64,000 nt of DNA, taken from positions 11,165,403-11,229,402 of the forward strand of contig CM082587.2 of the NCBI GenBank assembly GCA_040954595.2, read 5' to 3'. A model generated the notes under the pieces. The model made no database searches and was not told where the DNA came from. It saw nothing but the letters and a program-made list of their open reading frames with translations. Numbering within the stretch: position 1 is the first letter of the stretch; each line of letters starts with the position of its first letter. Positions 39,301 through 53,958 of the stretch are shown one piece after another. Source of the DNA: Balanoglossus misakiensis. Lineage: Eukaryota; Animalia; Hemichordata. The translations under genes were made by a program, and so were the position numbers.

Positions 39301-42300
39301 AGTGGTGAACTAAGACAGGCGACAGTCAGGCTTCACTTACAAAAAGTGGAAAATATAATAGCTACATTGGTAGGCTGAAAGCTTACTTCCTGAGACTGTT
39401 TGTGCCAATGACGGGTAAGACCGCTTATGAAGTGGTGACCTAAGACAGGTGACAGTCAGGCTTCACTTACAAAAAGTGGAAAATACAATAGCTACATTGG
39501 TAGGCTGCAAGCTTACTTCCTGAGACTGTTTGTGCCAATGACGGGTAAGACCGCTTATAAAGTGGTGACCTAAGACAGGCGACAGTCAGGCTTCACTTAC
39601 AAAAAGTGGAAAATACAATAGCTACATTGGTAGGCTGAAAGCTTACTTCCTGAGACTGTTTGTGCCAATGACGGGTAAGACCGCTTATGAAGTGGTGACC
39701 TAAGACAGGCGACAGTCAGGCTTCACTTACAAAAAGTGGAAAATATAATAGCTACATTGGTAGGCTGAAAGCTTACTTCCTGAGACTGTTTGTGCCAATG
39801 ACGGGTAAGACCGCTTATGAAGTGGTGACCTAAGACAGGCGACAGTCAGGCTTCACTTACAAAAAGTGGAAAATATAATAGCTACATTGGTAGGCTGAAA
39901 GCTTACTTCCTGAGACTGTTTGTGCCAATGACGGGTAAGACCGCTTATGAGTCGGTGACCTAAGACAGGCGACAGTCAGGCTTCACTTACAAAAAGTGGA
40001 AAATATAATAGCTTCATTGGTAGGCTGAAAGCTAACTTCCTGAGACTGTTTGTGCCAATGACGGGTAAGACCGCTTATGATGTGGTGACCTAAGACAGGC
40101 GACAGTCAGGCTTCACTTACAAAAAGTGGAAAATATAATAGCTACATTGGTATGCTGAAAGCTTAATTCATGAGACTGTTTGTGCCAATGACGGGTAAGA
40201 CCGCTTATGAAGTGGTGAACTAAGACAGGCGACAGTCAGGCTTCACTTACAAAAAGTGGAAAATATAATAGCTACATTGGTAGGCTGAAAGCTTACTTCC
40301 TGAGACTGTTTGTGCCAATGACGGGTAAGACCGCTTATGAAGTGGTGACCTAAGACAGGCGACAGTCAGGCTTCACTTACAAAAAGTGGAAAATATAATA
40401 GCTACATTGGTAGGCTGAAAGCTTACTTCCGGAGACTGTTTGTGCCAATGACGGGTAAGACCTCTTATGAAGTGGTGACCTAAGACAGGCGACAGTCAGG
40501 CTTCACTTACAAAAAGTTGAAAATACAATAGCTACATTGGTAGGCTGAAAGCTTACTTCCTGAGTCTGTTTGTGCCAATGTCGGGTAAGACCGCTTATGA
40601 AGTGGTGACCTAAGACAGGCGACAGTCAGGCTTCACTTACAAAAAGTGGAAAATACAATAGCTACATTGGTAGGCTGAAAGCTTACTTCCGGAGACTGTT
40701 TGTGCCAATGACGGGTAAGACCGCTTATGAAGTGGTGAACTAAGACAGGCGACAGTCAGGCTTCACTTACAAAAAGTGGAAAATATAATAGCTACATTGG
40801 TAGGCTGAAAGCTTACTTCCTGAGACTGTTTGTGCCAATGACGGGTAAGACCGCTTATGAAGTGGTGACCTAAGACAGGCGACAGTCAGGCTTCACTTAC
40901 AAAAAGTGGAAAATACAATAGCTACATTGGTAGGCTGAAAGCTTACTTCCGGAGACTGTTTGTGCCAATGACGGGTAAGACCTCTTATGAAGTGGTGACC
41001 TAAGACACGCGACAGTCAGGCTTCACTTACAAAAAGTTGAAAATACAATAGCTACATTGGTAGGCTGAAAGCTTACTTCCTGAGTCTGTTTGTGCCAATG
41101 ACGGGTAAGACCTCTTATGAAGTGGTGACCTAAGACAGGCGACAGTCAGGCTTCACTTACAAAAAGTTGAAAATACAATAGCTACATTGGTAGGCTGAAA
41201 GCTTACTTCCTGAGACTGTTTGTGCCAATGACGGGTAAGACCGCTTATGAAGAGGTGACCTAAGACAGGCGACAGTCAGGCTTCACTTACAAAAAGTGGA
41301 AAATACAATAGCTACATTGGTAGGCTGAAAGCTTTCCTCCTGAGACTGTTTGTGCCAATGACGGGTAAGACCTCTTATGAAGTGGTGACCTAAGAAAGGC
41401 GACAGTCAGGCTTCACTTACAAAAAGTGGAAAATACAATAGCTACATTGGTAGGCTGAAAGCTTACTTCCTGAGACTGTTTGTGCCAATGACGGGTAAGA
41501 CCTCTTATGAAGTGGTGACCTAAGACAGGCGACAGTCAGGCTTTACTTACAAAAAGTGGAAAATACAATAGCTACATTGGTAGGCTGAAAGCTTACTTCC
41601 TGAGACTGTTTGTGCCAATGACGGGTAAGACCGCTTATGAAGTGGTGACCTAAGACAGGCGACAGTCAGGCTTCACTTACAAAAAGTGGAAAATATAATA
41701 GCTACATTGGTAGGCTGAAAGCTTACTTCCTGAGACTGTTTGTGCCAATGACGGGTAAGACCGCTTATGAAGTGGTGACCTAAGACAGGCGACAGTCAGG
41801 CTTCACTTACAAAAAGTGGAAAATATAATAGCTACATTGGTAGGCTGAAAGCTTACTTCCTGAGACTGTTTGTGCCAATGACGGGTAAGACCGCTTATGA
41901 GTCGGTGACCTAAGACAGGCGACAGTCAGGCTTCACTTACAAAAAGTGGAAAATATAATAGCTTCATTGGTAGGCTGAAAGCTAACTTCCTGAGACTGTT
42001 TGTGCCAATGACGGGTAAGACCGCTTATGAGGTGGTGACCTAAGACAGGCGACAGTCAGGCTTCACTTACAAAAAGTGGTAAATATAATAGCTACATTGG
42101 TATGCTGAAAGCTTAATTCCTGAGACTGTTTGTGCCAATGACGGGTAAGACCGCTTATGAAGTGGTGAACTAAGACAGGCGACAGTCAGGCTTCACTTAC
42201 AAAAAGTGGAAAATATAATAGCTACATTGGTAGGCTGAAAGCTTACTTCCTGAGACTGTTTGTGCCAATGACGGGTAAGACCGCTTATGAAGTGGTGACC

Positions 42301-45300
42301 TAAGACAGGTGACAGTCAGGCTTCACTTACAAAAAGTGGAAAATACAATAGCTACATTGGTAGGCTGAAAGCTTACTTCCGGAGACTGTTTGTGCCAATG
42401 ACGGGTAAGACTTCTTATGAAGTGGTGACCTAAGACAGGCGACAGTCAGGCTTCACTTACAAAAAGTTGAAAATACAATAGCTACATTGGTAGGCTGAAA
42501 GCTTACTTCCTGAGACTGTTTGTGCCAATGACGGGTAAGACCTCTTATGAAGTGGTGACCTAAGACAGGCGACACTCAGGCTTCACTTACAAAAAGTGGA
42601 AAATATAATAGCTACATTGGTAGGCTGAAAGCTTACTTCCTGAGACTGTTTGTGCCAATGACGGGTAAGACCTCTTATGAAGTGGTGACCTAAGACAGGC
42701 GACAGTCAGGCTTCACTTACAAACAGTTGAAAATACAAAAGCTACATTGGTAGGCTGAAAGCTTACTTCCTGTCTGTTTGTGCCAATGACGGGTAAGACC
42801 TCTTATGAAGTGGTGACCTAAGACAGGCGACAGTCAGGCTTCACTTACAAAAAGTTGAAAATACAATAGCTACATTGGTAGGCTGAAAGCTTACTTCCTG
42901 AGACTGTTTGTGCCAATGACGGGTAAGACCTCTTATGAAGTGGTGACCTAAGACAGGCGACAGTCAGGCTTCACTTACAAAAAGTGGAAAATATAATAGC
43001 TACATTGGTAGATTGAAAGCTAACTTCCTGAGACTGTATGTGCCAATGACGGGTAAGACCGCTTATGAAGTGGTGACCTAAGACAGGCGACAGTCAGGCT
43101 TCACTTACAAAAAGTGGAAAATATAATAGCTACATTGGTAGGCTGAAAGCTTACTTCCTGAGACTGTTTGTGCCAATGACGGGTAAGAACACTTATGAAG
43201 TGGTGACCTAAGACAGGCGACAGTCAGGCTTCACTTACAAAAAGTGGAAAATACAATAGCTACATTGGTAGGCTGAAAGCTTACTTCCTGAGACTGTTTG
43301 TGCCAATGACGGGTAAGACCGCTTATGAAGTGGTGACCTAAGACAGGCGACAGTCAGGCTTCACTTACAAAAAGTGGAAAATACAATAGCTACATTGGTA
43401 GGCTGAAAGCTTACTTCCTGAGACTGTTTGTGCCAATGACGGGTAAGACCGCTTATAAAGTGGTGACCTAAGACAGGCGACAGTCAGGCTTCACTTACAA
43501 AAAGTGGAAAATATAATAGCTACATTGGTAGGCTGAAAGCTTACTTCCTGAGACTGTTTGTGCCAATGACGGGTAAGACCTCTTATGAAGTGGTGACCTA
43601 AGACAGGCGACAGTCAGGCTTCACTTACAAAAAGTGGAAAATACAATAGCTACATTGGTAGGCTGAAAGCTTATTTCCTGTCTGTTTGTGCCAATGACGG
43701 GTAAGACCTCTTATGAAGTGGTGAACTAAGACAGGCGACAGTCAGGCTTCACTTACAAAAAGTTGAAAATATAATAGCTACATTGGTAGGCTGAAAGCTA
43801 ACTTCCTGAGACTGTTTGTGCCAATGACGGGTAAGACCGCTTATGAAGTGGTGACCTAAGACAGGCGACAGTCAGGCTTCACTTACAAAAAGTGGAAAAT
43901 ATAATAGCTACATTGGTAGGCTGAAAGCTTACTTCCTGAGACTGTTTGTGCCAATGACGGGTAAGAACACTTATGAAGTGGTGACCTAAGACAGGCAACA
44001 GTCAGGCTTCACTTACAAAAAGTGGAAAATACAATAGCTACATTGGTAGGCTGAAAGCTTACTTCCTGAGACTGTTTGTGCCAATGACGGGTAAGACCGC
44101 TTATGAAGTGGTGACCTAAGACAGGCGACAGTCAGGCTTCACTTACAAACAGTTGAAAATACAAAAGCTACATTGGTAGGCTGAAAGCTTACTTCCTGTC
44201 TGTTTGTGCCAATGACGGGTAAGACCTCTTATGAAGTGGTGACCTAAGACAGGCGACAGTCAGGCTTCACTTACAAAAAGTTGAAAACACAATAGCTACA
44301 TTGGTAGGCTGAAAGCTTACTTCCTGAGACTGTTTGTGCCAATGACGGGGAAGACCTCTTATGAAGTGGTGACCTAAGACAGGCGACAGTAAGGCTTCAC
44401 TTACAAAAAGTGGAAAATATAATAGCTACATTGGTAGGCTGAAAGCTAACTTCCTGAGACTGTATGTGCCAATGACGGGTAAGACCGCTTATGAAGTGGT
44501 GACCTAAGACAGGCGACAGTCAGGCTTCACTTACAAAAAGTGGAATATATAATAGCTACATTGGTAGGCTGAAAGCTTACTTCCTGAGACTGTTTGTGCC
44601 AATGACGGGTAAGAACACTTATGAAGTGGTGACCTAAGACAGGCGACAGTCAGGCTTCACTTACAAAAAGTGGAAAATACAATAGCTACATTGGTAGGCT
44701 GAAAGCTTACTTCCTGAGACTGTTTGTGCCAATGACGGGTAAGACCTCCTATGAAGTGGTGACCTAAGACAGGCGACAGTCAGGCTTCACTTACAAAAAG
44801 TGGAAAATATAATAGCTACATTGGTAGGCTGAAAGCTTACTTCCTGAGACTGTTTGTGCCAATGACGGGTAAGAACACTTATGGAGTGGTGACCTAAGAC
44901 AGGCAACAGTCAGGCTTCACTTACAAAAAGTGGAAAATACAATAGCTACATTGGTAGGCTGAAAGCTTACTTCCTGAGACTGTTTGTGCCAATGACGGGT
45001 AAGACCGCTTATGAAGTGGTGACCTAAGACAGGCGACAGTCAGGCTTCACTTACAAAAAGTGGAAAATATAATAGCTACATTGGTAGGCTGAAAGCTTAC
45101 TTCCTGAGACTGTTTGTGCCAATGACGGGTAAGACCGCTTATGAAGTGGTGACCTAAGACAGGCGACAGTAAGGCTTTACTTACAAAAAGTTGAAAATAC
45201 AATAACTACATTGGTAGGCTGAAAGCTTACTTCCTGAGACTGTTTGTGCCAATGACGGGTAAGACCTCTTATGAAGTGGTGACCTAAGACAGGCGACAGT

Positions 45301-48300
45301 AAGGCTTCACTTACAAAAAGTGGAAAATATAATAGCTACATTGGTAGGCTGAAAGCTAACTTCCTGAGACTGTATGTGCCAATGACGGGTAAGACCGCTT
45401 ATGAAGTGGTGACCTAAGACAGGCGACAGTCATGCTTCACTTACAAAAAGTGGAAAATATAATAGCTACATTGGTAGGCTGAAAGCTTACTTCCTGAGAC
45501 TGTTTGTGCCAATGACGGGTAAGAACACTTATGAAGTGGTGACCTAAGACAGGCGACAGTCAGGCTTCACTTACAAAAAGTGGAAAATACAATAGCTACA
45601 TTGGTAGGCTGAAAGCTTACTTCCTGAGACTGTTTGTGCCAATGACGGGTAAGACCGCTTATGAAGTGGTGACCTAAGACAGGCGACAGTCAGGCTTCAC
45701 TTACAAAAAGTGGAAAATACAATAGCTACATTGGTAGGCTGAAAGCTTACTTCCTGAGACTGTTTGTGCCAATGACGGGTAAGACCGCTTATGAAGTGGT
45801 GACCTAAGACAGGCGACAGTCAGGCTTCACTTACAAAAAGTGGAAAATATAATAGCTACATTGGTAGGCTGAAAGCTTACTTCCTGAGACTGTTTGTGCC
45901 AATGACGGGTAAGACCTCTTATGAAGTGGTGACCTAAGACAGGCGACAGTCAGGCTTCACTTACAAAAAGTGGAAAATATAATAGCTACATTGGTAGGCT
46001 GAAAGCTTACTTCCTGAGACTGTTTGTGCCAATGACGGGTTAGAACACTTATGGAGTGGTGACCTAAGACAGGCAACAGTCAGGCTTCACTTACAAAAAG
46101 TGGAAAATACAATAGCTACATTGGTAGGCTGAAAGCTTACTTCCTGAGACTGTTTGTGCCAATGACGGGTAAGACCGCTTATGAAGTGGTGACCTAAGAC
46201 AGGCGACAGTCAGGCTTCACTTACAAAAAGTGGAAAATATAATAGCTACATTGGTAGGCTGAAAGCTTACTTCCTGAGACTGTTTGTGCCAATGACGGGT
46301 AAGACCTCTTATGAAGTGGTGACCTAAGACAGGCGACAGTCAGGCTTTACTTACAAAAAGTTGAAAATACAATAACTACATTGGTAGGCTGAAAGCTTAC
46401 TTCCTGAGACTGTTTGTGCCAATGACGGGTAAGACCTCTTATGAAGTGGTGACCTAAGACAGGCGACAGTCAGGCTTCACTTACAAAAAGTGGAAAATAC
46501 AATAGCTACATTGGTAGGCTGAAAGCTTACTTCCTGAGTCTGTTTGTGCCAATGACGGGTAAGACCTCTTATGAAGTTGTTACCTAAGACAGGCGACAGT
46601 CAGGCTTCACTTACAAAAAGTGGAAAATATAATAGCTACATTAGTAGGCTGAAAGCTTACTTCCTGAGACTGTTTGTGCCAATGACGGGTAAGACCTGTT
46701 ATGAAGTGGTGACCTAAGACAGGCGACAGTCAGGCTTTACTTACAAAAAGTTGAAAATACAATAACTACATTGGTAGGCTGAAAGCTTACTTCCTGAGAC
46801 TGTTTGTGCCAATGACGGGTAAGACCTCTTATGAAGTGGTGACCTAAGACAGGCGACAGTCAGGCTTCACTTACAAAAAGTGGAAAATATAATAGCTACA
46901 TTGGTAGGCTGAAAGCTTACTTCCTGAGACTGTTTGTGCCAATGACGGGTTAGAACACTTATGGAGTGGTGACCTAAGACAGGCAACAGTCAGGCTTCAC
47001 TTACAAAAAGTGGAAAATACAATAGCTACATTGGTAGGCTGAAAGCTTACTTCCTGAGACTGTTTGTGCCAATGACGGGTAAGACCGCTTATGAAGTGGT
47101 GACCTAAGACAGGCGACAGTCAGGCTTCACTTACAAAAAGTGGAAAATATAATAGCTACATTGGTAGGCTGAAAGCTTACTTCCTGAGACTGTTTGTGCC
47201 AATGACGGGTAAGACCTCTTATGAAGTGGTGACCTAAGACAGGCGACAGTCAGGCTTTACTTACAAAAAGTTGAAAATACAATAACTACATTGGTAGGCT
47301 GAAAGCTTACTTCCTGAGACTGTTTGTGCCAATGACGGGTAAGACCTCTTATGAAGTGGTGACCTAAGACAGGCGACAGTCAGGCTTCACTTACAAAAAG
47401 TGGAAAATACAATAGCTACATTGGTAGGCTGAAAGCTTACTTCCTGAGTCTGTTTGTGCCAATGACGGGTAAGACCTCTTATGAAGTTGTTACCTAAGAC
47501 AGGCGACAGTCAGGCTTCACTTACAAAAAGTGGAAAATATAATAGCTACATTGGTAGGCTGAAAGCTTACTTCCTGAGACTGTTTGTGCCAATGACGGGT
47601 AAGACCTGTTATGAAGTGGTGACCTAAGACAGGCGACAGTCAGGCTTTACTTACAAAAAGTTGAAAATACAATAACTACATTGGTAGGCTGAAAGCTTAC
47701 TTCCTGAGACTGTTTGTGCCAATGACGGGTAATACCTCTTATGAAGTGGTGACCTAAGACAGGCGACAGTCAGGCTTCACTTACAAAAAGTTGAAAATAC
47801 AATAGCTACATTGGTAGGCTGAAAGCTTACTTCCTGAGTCTGTTTGTGCCAATGACGGGTAAGACCTCTTATGAAGTTGTTACCTAAGACAGGCGACAGT
47901 CAGGCTTCACTTACAAAAAGTTGAAAATACAATAGCTACCTTGGTAGGCTGAAAGCTTACTTCCTGAGACTGTTTGTGCCAATGACGGGTAAGACCTCTT
48001 ATGAAGTGGTGACCTAAGACAGGCGACAGTCAGGCTTCACTTACAAAAAGTGGAAAATATAATAGCTACATTGGTAGGCTGAAAGCTAACTTCCTGAGAC
48101 TGTTTGTGCCAATGACGGGTAAGACCGCGTATGAAGTGGTGACCTAAGACAGGCGACAGTCAGGCTTCACTTACAAAGAGTGGAAAATATAATAGCTATA
48201 TTGGTAGGCTGAAAGCTTACTTCCTGAGACTGTTTGTGCCAATGACGGGTAAGACCTCTTATGAAGTTGTTACCTAAGACAGGCGACAGTCAGGCTTCAC

Positions 48301-50206
48301 TTACAAAAAGTTGAAAATACAATAGCTACATTGGTAGGCTGAAAGCTTACTTCCTGAGACTGTTTGTGCCAATGACGGGTAAGACCTCTTATGAAGTGGT
48401 GACCTAAGACAGGCGACAGTCAGGCTTCACTTACAAAAAGTGGAAAATATAATAGCTACATTGGTAGGCTGAAAGCTAACTTCCTGAGACTGTTTGTGCC
48501 AATGACGGGTAAGACCGCGTATGAAGTGGTGACCTAAGACAGGCGACAGTCAGGCTTCACTTACAAAGAGTGGAAAATATAATAGCTATATTGGTAGGCT
48601 GAAAGCTTACTTCCTGAGACTGTTTGTGCCAATGACGGGTAAGAACACTTATGAAGGGGTGACCTAAGACAGGCAACAGTCAGGCTTCACTTACAAAAAG
48701 TGGAAAATACAATAGCTACATTGGTAGGCTGAAAGCTTACTTCCTGAGACTGTTTGTGCCAATGACGGGTAAGACCGCTTATGAAGTGGTGACCTAAGAC
48801 AGGCGACAGTCAGGCTTCACTTACAAAAAGTGGAAAATATAATAGCTACATTAGTAGGCTGAAAGCTTACTTCCTGAGACTGTTTGTGCCAATGACGGGT
48901 AAGACCTCTTATGAAGTGGTGACCTAAGACAGGCGACAGTCAGGCTTCACTTACAAAAAGTTGAAAATACAATAGCTACATTGGTAGGCTGAAAGCTTAC
49001 TTCCTGAGACTGTTTGTGCCAATGACGGGTAAGACCTCTTATGAAGTGATGACCTAAGACAGGCGACAGTCAGGCTTCACTTACAAAAAGTGGAAAATAT
49101 AATAGCTACATTGGTAGGCTGAAAGCTTACTTCCTGAGACTGTTTGTGCCAATGACGGATAAGACCTCTTATGAAGTGGTGACCTAAGACAGGCGACACT
49201 CAGGCTTCACTTACAAAAAGTGGAAAATATAATAGCTACATTGGTAGGCTGAAAGCTTACTTCCTGAGACTGTTTGTGCCAATGACGGGTAAGACCTCTT
49301 ATGAAGTGGTGACCTAAGACAGGCGACAGTCAGGCTTCACTTACAAACAGTTGAAAATACAAAAGCTACATTGGTAGGCTGAAAGCTTACTTCCTGTCTG
49401 TTTGTGCCAATGACGGGTAAGACCTCTTATGAAGTGGTGACCTAAGACAGGCGACAGTCAGGCTTCACTTACAAAAAGTTGAAAATACAATAGCTACATT
49501 GGTAGGCCGAAAGCTTACTTCCTGAGACTGTATGTGCCAATGACGGGTAAGACCGCTTATGAAGTGGTGACCTAAGACAGGCGACAGTCAGGCTTCACTT
49601 ACAAAAAGTGGAAAATATAATAGCTACATTGGTAGGCTGAAAGCTTACTTCCTGAGACTGTTTGTACCAATGACGGGTAAGACCTCTTATGAAGTGGTGA
49701 CCTAAGACAGGCGACAGTCAGGCTTCACTTACAAAAAGTGGAAAATACAATAGCTACATTGGTAGGCTGAAAGCTTACTTCCTGAGACTGTTTGTGCCAA
49801 TGACGGGTAAGACCTCTTATGAAGTGGTGACCTAAGACAGGCGACAGTCAGGCTTCACTTACGAAAAGTGGAAAATACAATAGCTACATTGGTAGGCTGA
49901 AAGCTTACTTCCTGAGTCTGTTTGTGCCAATGACGGGTAAGACCTCTTATGAAGTTGTTACCTAAGACAGGCGACAGTCAGGCTTCACTTACAAAAAGTT
50001 GAAAATACAATAGCTACATTGGTAGGCTGAAAGCTTACTTCCTGAGACTGTTTGTGCCAATGACGGGTAAGACCGCTTATGAAGTGGTGACCTAAGACAG
50101 GCGACAGTCAGGCTTCACTTACAAAAAGTGGAAAATATAATAGCTACATTGGTAGGCTGAAAGCTAACTTCCTGAGACTGTTTGTGCCAATGACGGGTAA
50201 GACCGC
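27342..50206 (+). repeat. 130-bp satellite array, block 4 (~176 monomers)
   Basis: Uninterrupted head-to-tail monomers with recurrent variant series. Confidence 0.99.
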
Positions 50207-51060
50207 TGTTACGACACGCTGGCCGTTCCAGCCGAAACAGGGCGAGCAATAAACACACTAGCCTGATGGCGTACTTTGTAAGGAACCAAACCAGCGCCGC
50301 ACGCAACAAAGTTGGTCAACAAAAGTCACATCAACCAGCAAATCACCTTATTTATAACGAATTTAATAATAACTAAAGTAATCGTGAACATTAAATATTA
50401 TAAACTAAAGAAACACACAAGAAACAAGTGAACTACCTTTTTAAACGTGACCAGGTGTGCATAAACTGAAACAGAACAAGTCCAATGTCCGCTAGAACGT
50501 TCCGCTGACTTGACGGAGGACACGTAGACACAGCAACTCAGCGATAATTCAGTGTAGACACAGCGACACGGCGACAGCTCCAACTCGGCGGCAGTTCAGC
50601 GTAGACACAACGACAGCTCCAACTCGGTGGCAGTTCAGCGTAGACACAACGACAGCTCCAACTCGGCGGCAGTTCAGCGTAGACACAGCGACACGGCGGT
50701 CCAGGCAAAAGTCCAGCTCCAACTGGTTCCACAAAAGTCCGCAAAAGTCTGCTCCACAAAAGTCCGCAAAAGTCTGCTCCACAAAAGTCCGCTTCAAAAG
50801 TCCGCTCCACACGAAACAGCACGACTTACAACTTGTTCAGAAGAGCAGCCACAGCTTCCAAGACGGTTCAAACGAGCAGCACGTCCTCCAGGTCAAATTA
50901 ACATCCACTCGCACAACGTGGCAACGAGCGGGCTTTTATACTAGCCAAAAATTAATTCCTCACACCTGGTTACTTAAATATTCAAATAAAGAAAGCAAAC
51001 GAAACGCACACGAAAAACACACCTGGTCACAAAACAATAGCAGACTGAACCTACGTAACA
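50207..51060 (-). repeat. 3' LTR of the Gmr1-type element
   Basis: Direct repeat of 60513-61366 with at least 5 substitutions seen by eye. Contains a 39-bp x3 repeat (~50570-50690) and a 25-bp CAAAAGTC-based repeat (~50728-50810). Confidence 0.97.
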
Positions 51061-51070
51061 CCTCCCCCCT
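51061..51070 (-). promoter_or_regulatory. Polypurine tract
   Basis: AGGGGGGAGG on the minus strand, directly abutting the 3' LTR. Confidence 0.9.
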
Positions 51071-51195
51071 CAGAAAAGAAAAACGTTACCATGGTGACGT
51101 TTTTCAATGGGGTAATCACATATGTTAATTATTTCAAAAACATCATTTCAAGAATCATTCAAGAATCATTTCAAAAAGCTATCCTGTTATACATT

Positions 51196-51653
51196 CTAAA
51201 CTCTGGATAGTGCATCTGCAATGACATTTTCTTTTCCAGAAATATGTACGACTTTAATTGAATAAGGCTGAAGCAACAAACTCCAGCGAAACAACCTGTT
51301 ACTCTTTGTTTTGAACTTGTCAAGAAATACAAGTGGGTTGTGATCTGTGTAAACAGTAACATCACCTACCCCATTAGTCACATAAATTTCAAAATGCTGA
51401 AGAGCAGACACTAGGCTTAAAGCCTCTTTCTCAATGGTAGAATACACTCTTTGGTGACGGTTTAGTTTTCTCGAAAAATAACTGACAGGTTTCTCGATAC
51501 CTGATTCATCATCCTGCAATAAGACGGCACCGATACCAACATCACTGGCATCAATAGCCAATTTAAACGGCTTGTAGAAATCTGGAGCCGTAAGCACTGG
51601 CTCACTTGCTAGAACTGCTTTTATTACATCGAATGCATTTTGACACGAATCGG
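51196..51653 (-). pseudogene. RNase H portion of pol (frameshifted from RT)
   Basis: LAIDASDVGIGAVL, YSTIEKEAL, YTDHNPL, NVIADALSR. The same frame reads TDSCQNAFDVIKAVLASEPV upstream of the called ORF start. Confidence 0.92.
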
Positions 51654-53958
51654 TCGAATCGAATTAGTGAGAGGAGCAACAATGGTGCTATAATTTGCAC
51701 AAAATTTCCGATAAAACCCCGACACGCCTAGAAAACGACGTAATTCTCGCTTATTTGTAGGCACTGGAAACTCTATGATGTCTTGAATTTTCGCTTGTCT
51801 TGGAGACACTCTGCCTTCACCTATGACATGCCCAAGATAAACCACTTTGGCTTTGGCAAAACCACTCTTTGACAGATTAACCACCAGATTAGCCTCGTGA
51901 AGCCGCTGAAACAGATTCCTTAAATGGGTTACATGATCTTCCCATGTGTCACTGAAAACCAGAATATCATCAATATACACAACACAATATGCTAAACCGG
52001 CTGTGACCTTGTTCATCAACCTTTGAAATGTAGCCGGGGCATTTTTCATGCCAAAGGGCATTACTTTAAACTGGTACAATCCGTTTGGAGTAATGAAAGC
52101 AGAAATTTTCCTGGCTCTGTTAGACAAAGGTACTTGCCAATAACCTTTCAACAAATCAATTTTGGTTACATACTTGGCTGTACCAATTTTGTCAATGCAA
52201 TCCTCAATTCGAGGAAGTGGATAGGAATCAGTACGCGTAACAGCATTTACCTTGCGATAATCTATGCAAAATCTCAAAGACTTGTCTGGCTTTGGTACTA
52301 ACACTACTGGAGAGCTCCAACTACTCTCACTTGGTTCAATTAGGTCGTGGTCCAACATATACTGCAATTCCTCCTCAACTTTGGCTGCTTTATAAGGATT
52401 TAACCTATAGGGGTGTTGTTTGATAGGTGGTTCATTGCCGACGTCTACGTCATGTTCAGCTATGGACGTGCAACCCGGTTCATCGGAAAACAGAGGTTTA
52501 TATTCATTTATAAGTTTGACAATGCCAGCCCTTTCATTCTCAGGCAAGTGACACAAAGTAGACTGTAAATTAGCAAGTGCTTCCGAATTAGACAATTTTC
52601 CCGTCAAAGAATCAACTTCAGTCACCTCAAACTCAACACATTCTGTATCATTGCAATCGACATTGTGAACATCCATATTGTTGACAGCAGCAGCCAAACC
52701 AACGGAATGCTTATGGTCACCTTCACGAACAAAATACAGCTTCAACATATTAATATGACAAACCCTGCGTGTCTTGCGTCTGTCAGGGGTTCGGATAACA
52801 TAATTCACACTATTCAATTTCTTTTCTACTTCATAGGGCCCCCTGAATTTAGCGGATAATGGTTCACCTGGTATAGGTAACAAAACTAGAACTTTGTCAC
52901 CAACTTTAAATTTGCGAAATTGACTATCCCTATCATAATACCTCTTCATGGTTTGCTGAGACAGTTTCAGATGGTGTCTAGCCAAATCACAGGCCTTAGT
53001 CAAACGTTCTCGAAATTTGGAAACGTAATCCAGGAGGTTGACATCATCCTGTTCATTAAGCAATCTCTCTTTGATGAATTTAAGAGGGCCCCTGACTTCA
53101 TGACCATATACGAGTTCAAAGGGAGTAAAACCAGTTGATTCGTTAGGGGCATCCCTTGTGGCAAATAATACAAATGCAACGCCCTTATCCCAATCCCCAG
53201 GGTATTCCAAGCAGTATGCCTTCAACATATTCTTTAGCGTTTGGTGATACCTTTCCAACGCACCTTGAGATTGAGGATGGTAGGCCGACGAATGCAACTG
53301 TGTAACCCCGAATTGACACAACACTTCCTGAAATAAACCAGACATAAAGTTGGACCCTTGATCTGTTTGGACCTCCTTGGGCAAACCATATCGTGTGAAG
53401 AAATGCATTAGCGCGTCAACTACTACTTTGGTAGAGATGTTTTTCAAAGGAATAGCCTCAGGAAATCTGGTCGAGGTGTCTAAAATTGTCAAAAGATATT
53501 TATTACCAGATTTGGTTCTCGGCAAAGGGCCCACACAATCAATTAGAACCTTACTGAAGGGTTCGCCGAACGCAGGAATTGGAATTAATGGAGCGGGTTT
53601 GATCGCCGGCTGGGGTTTGCCTAACAGCTGACACGTATGACAGGTTTTGCAAAATTCAACAACATCCTGATGCAATTTTGGCCAATAAAAATGAGCCATA
53701 ACCCTGGACTGTGTTTTTCGAATGCCCAAATGCCCAGCCATAGGAATTTCGTGGGCCAAACGCAGAATTTCAGGACGATAACATGCAGGTACCACTATTT
53801 GATTTTTCACCAACCAATCCTGATCAGCAGGAACAGACGGTGGTCTCCACTTTCTCATTAAAATTCCTGACTTCATGTAATAACATTCTGGAACATTGTT
53901 GGCTTCGGATTCTGATAATGCCTTATGAATTAAGTCATTCAGAATGGATCAGCCTTTT
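51624..53958 (-). pseudogene. Integrase followed by reverse transcriptase (pol)
   Basis: HHCC (AHEIPMAGHLG...CHTC), IDCVGP, TDQGSNF, YHPQSQGALER and a GPY motif, then RT motifs LRFCIDYRKVN, DLLKGYWQ, MPFGMKNAP, YIDD. Confidence 0.95.

Noticed and set aside
50398-50944. Small ORFs in the Gmr1 LTRs (and 60704-61250)
   Set aside because: They arise from the 39-bp and 25-bp tandem repeats and are open on both strands.
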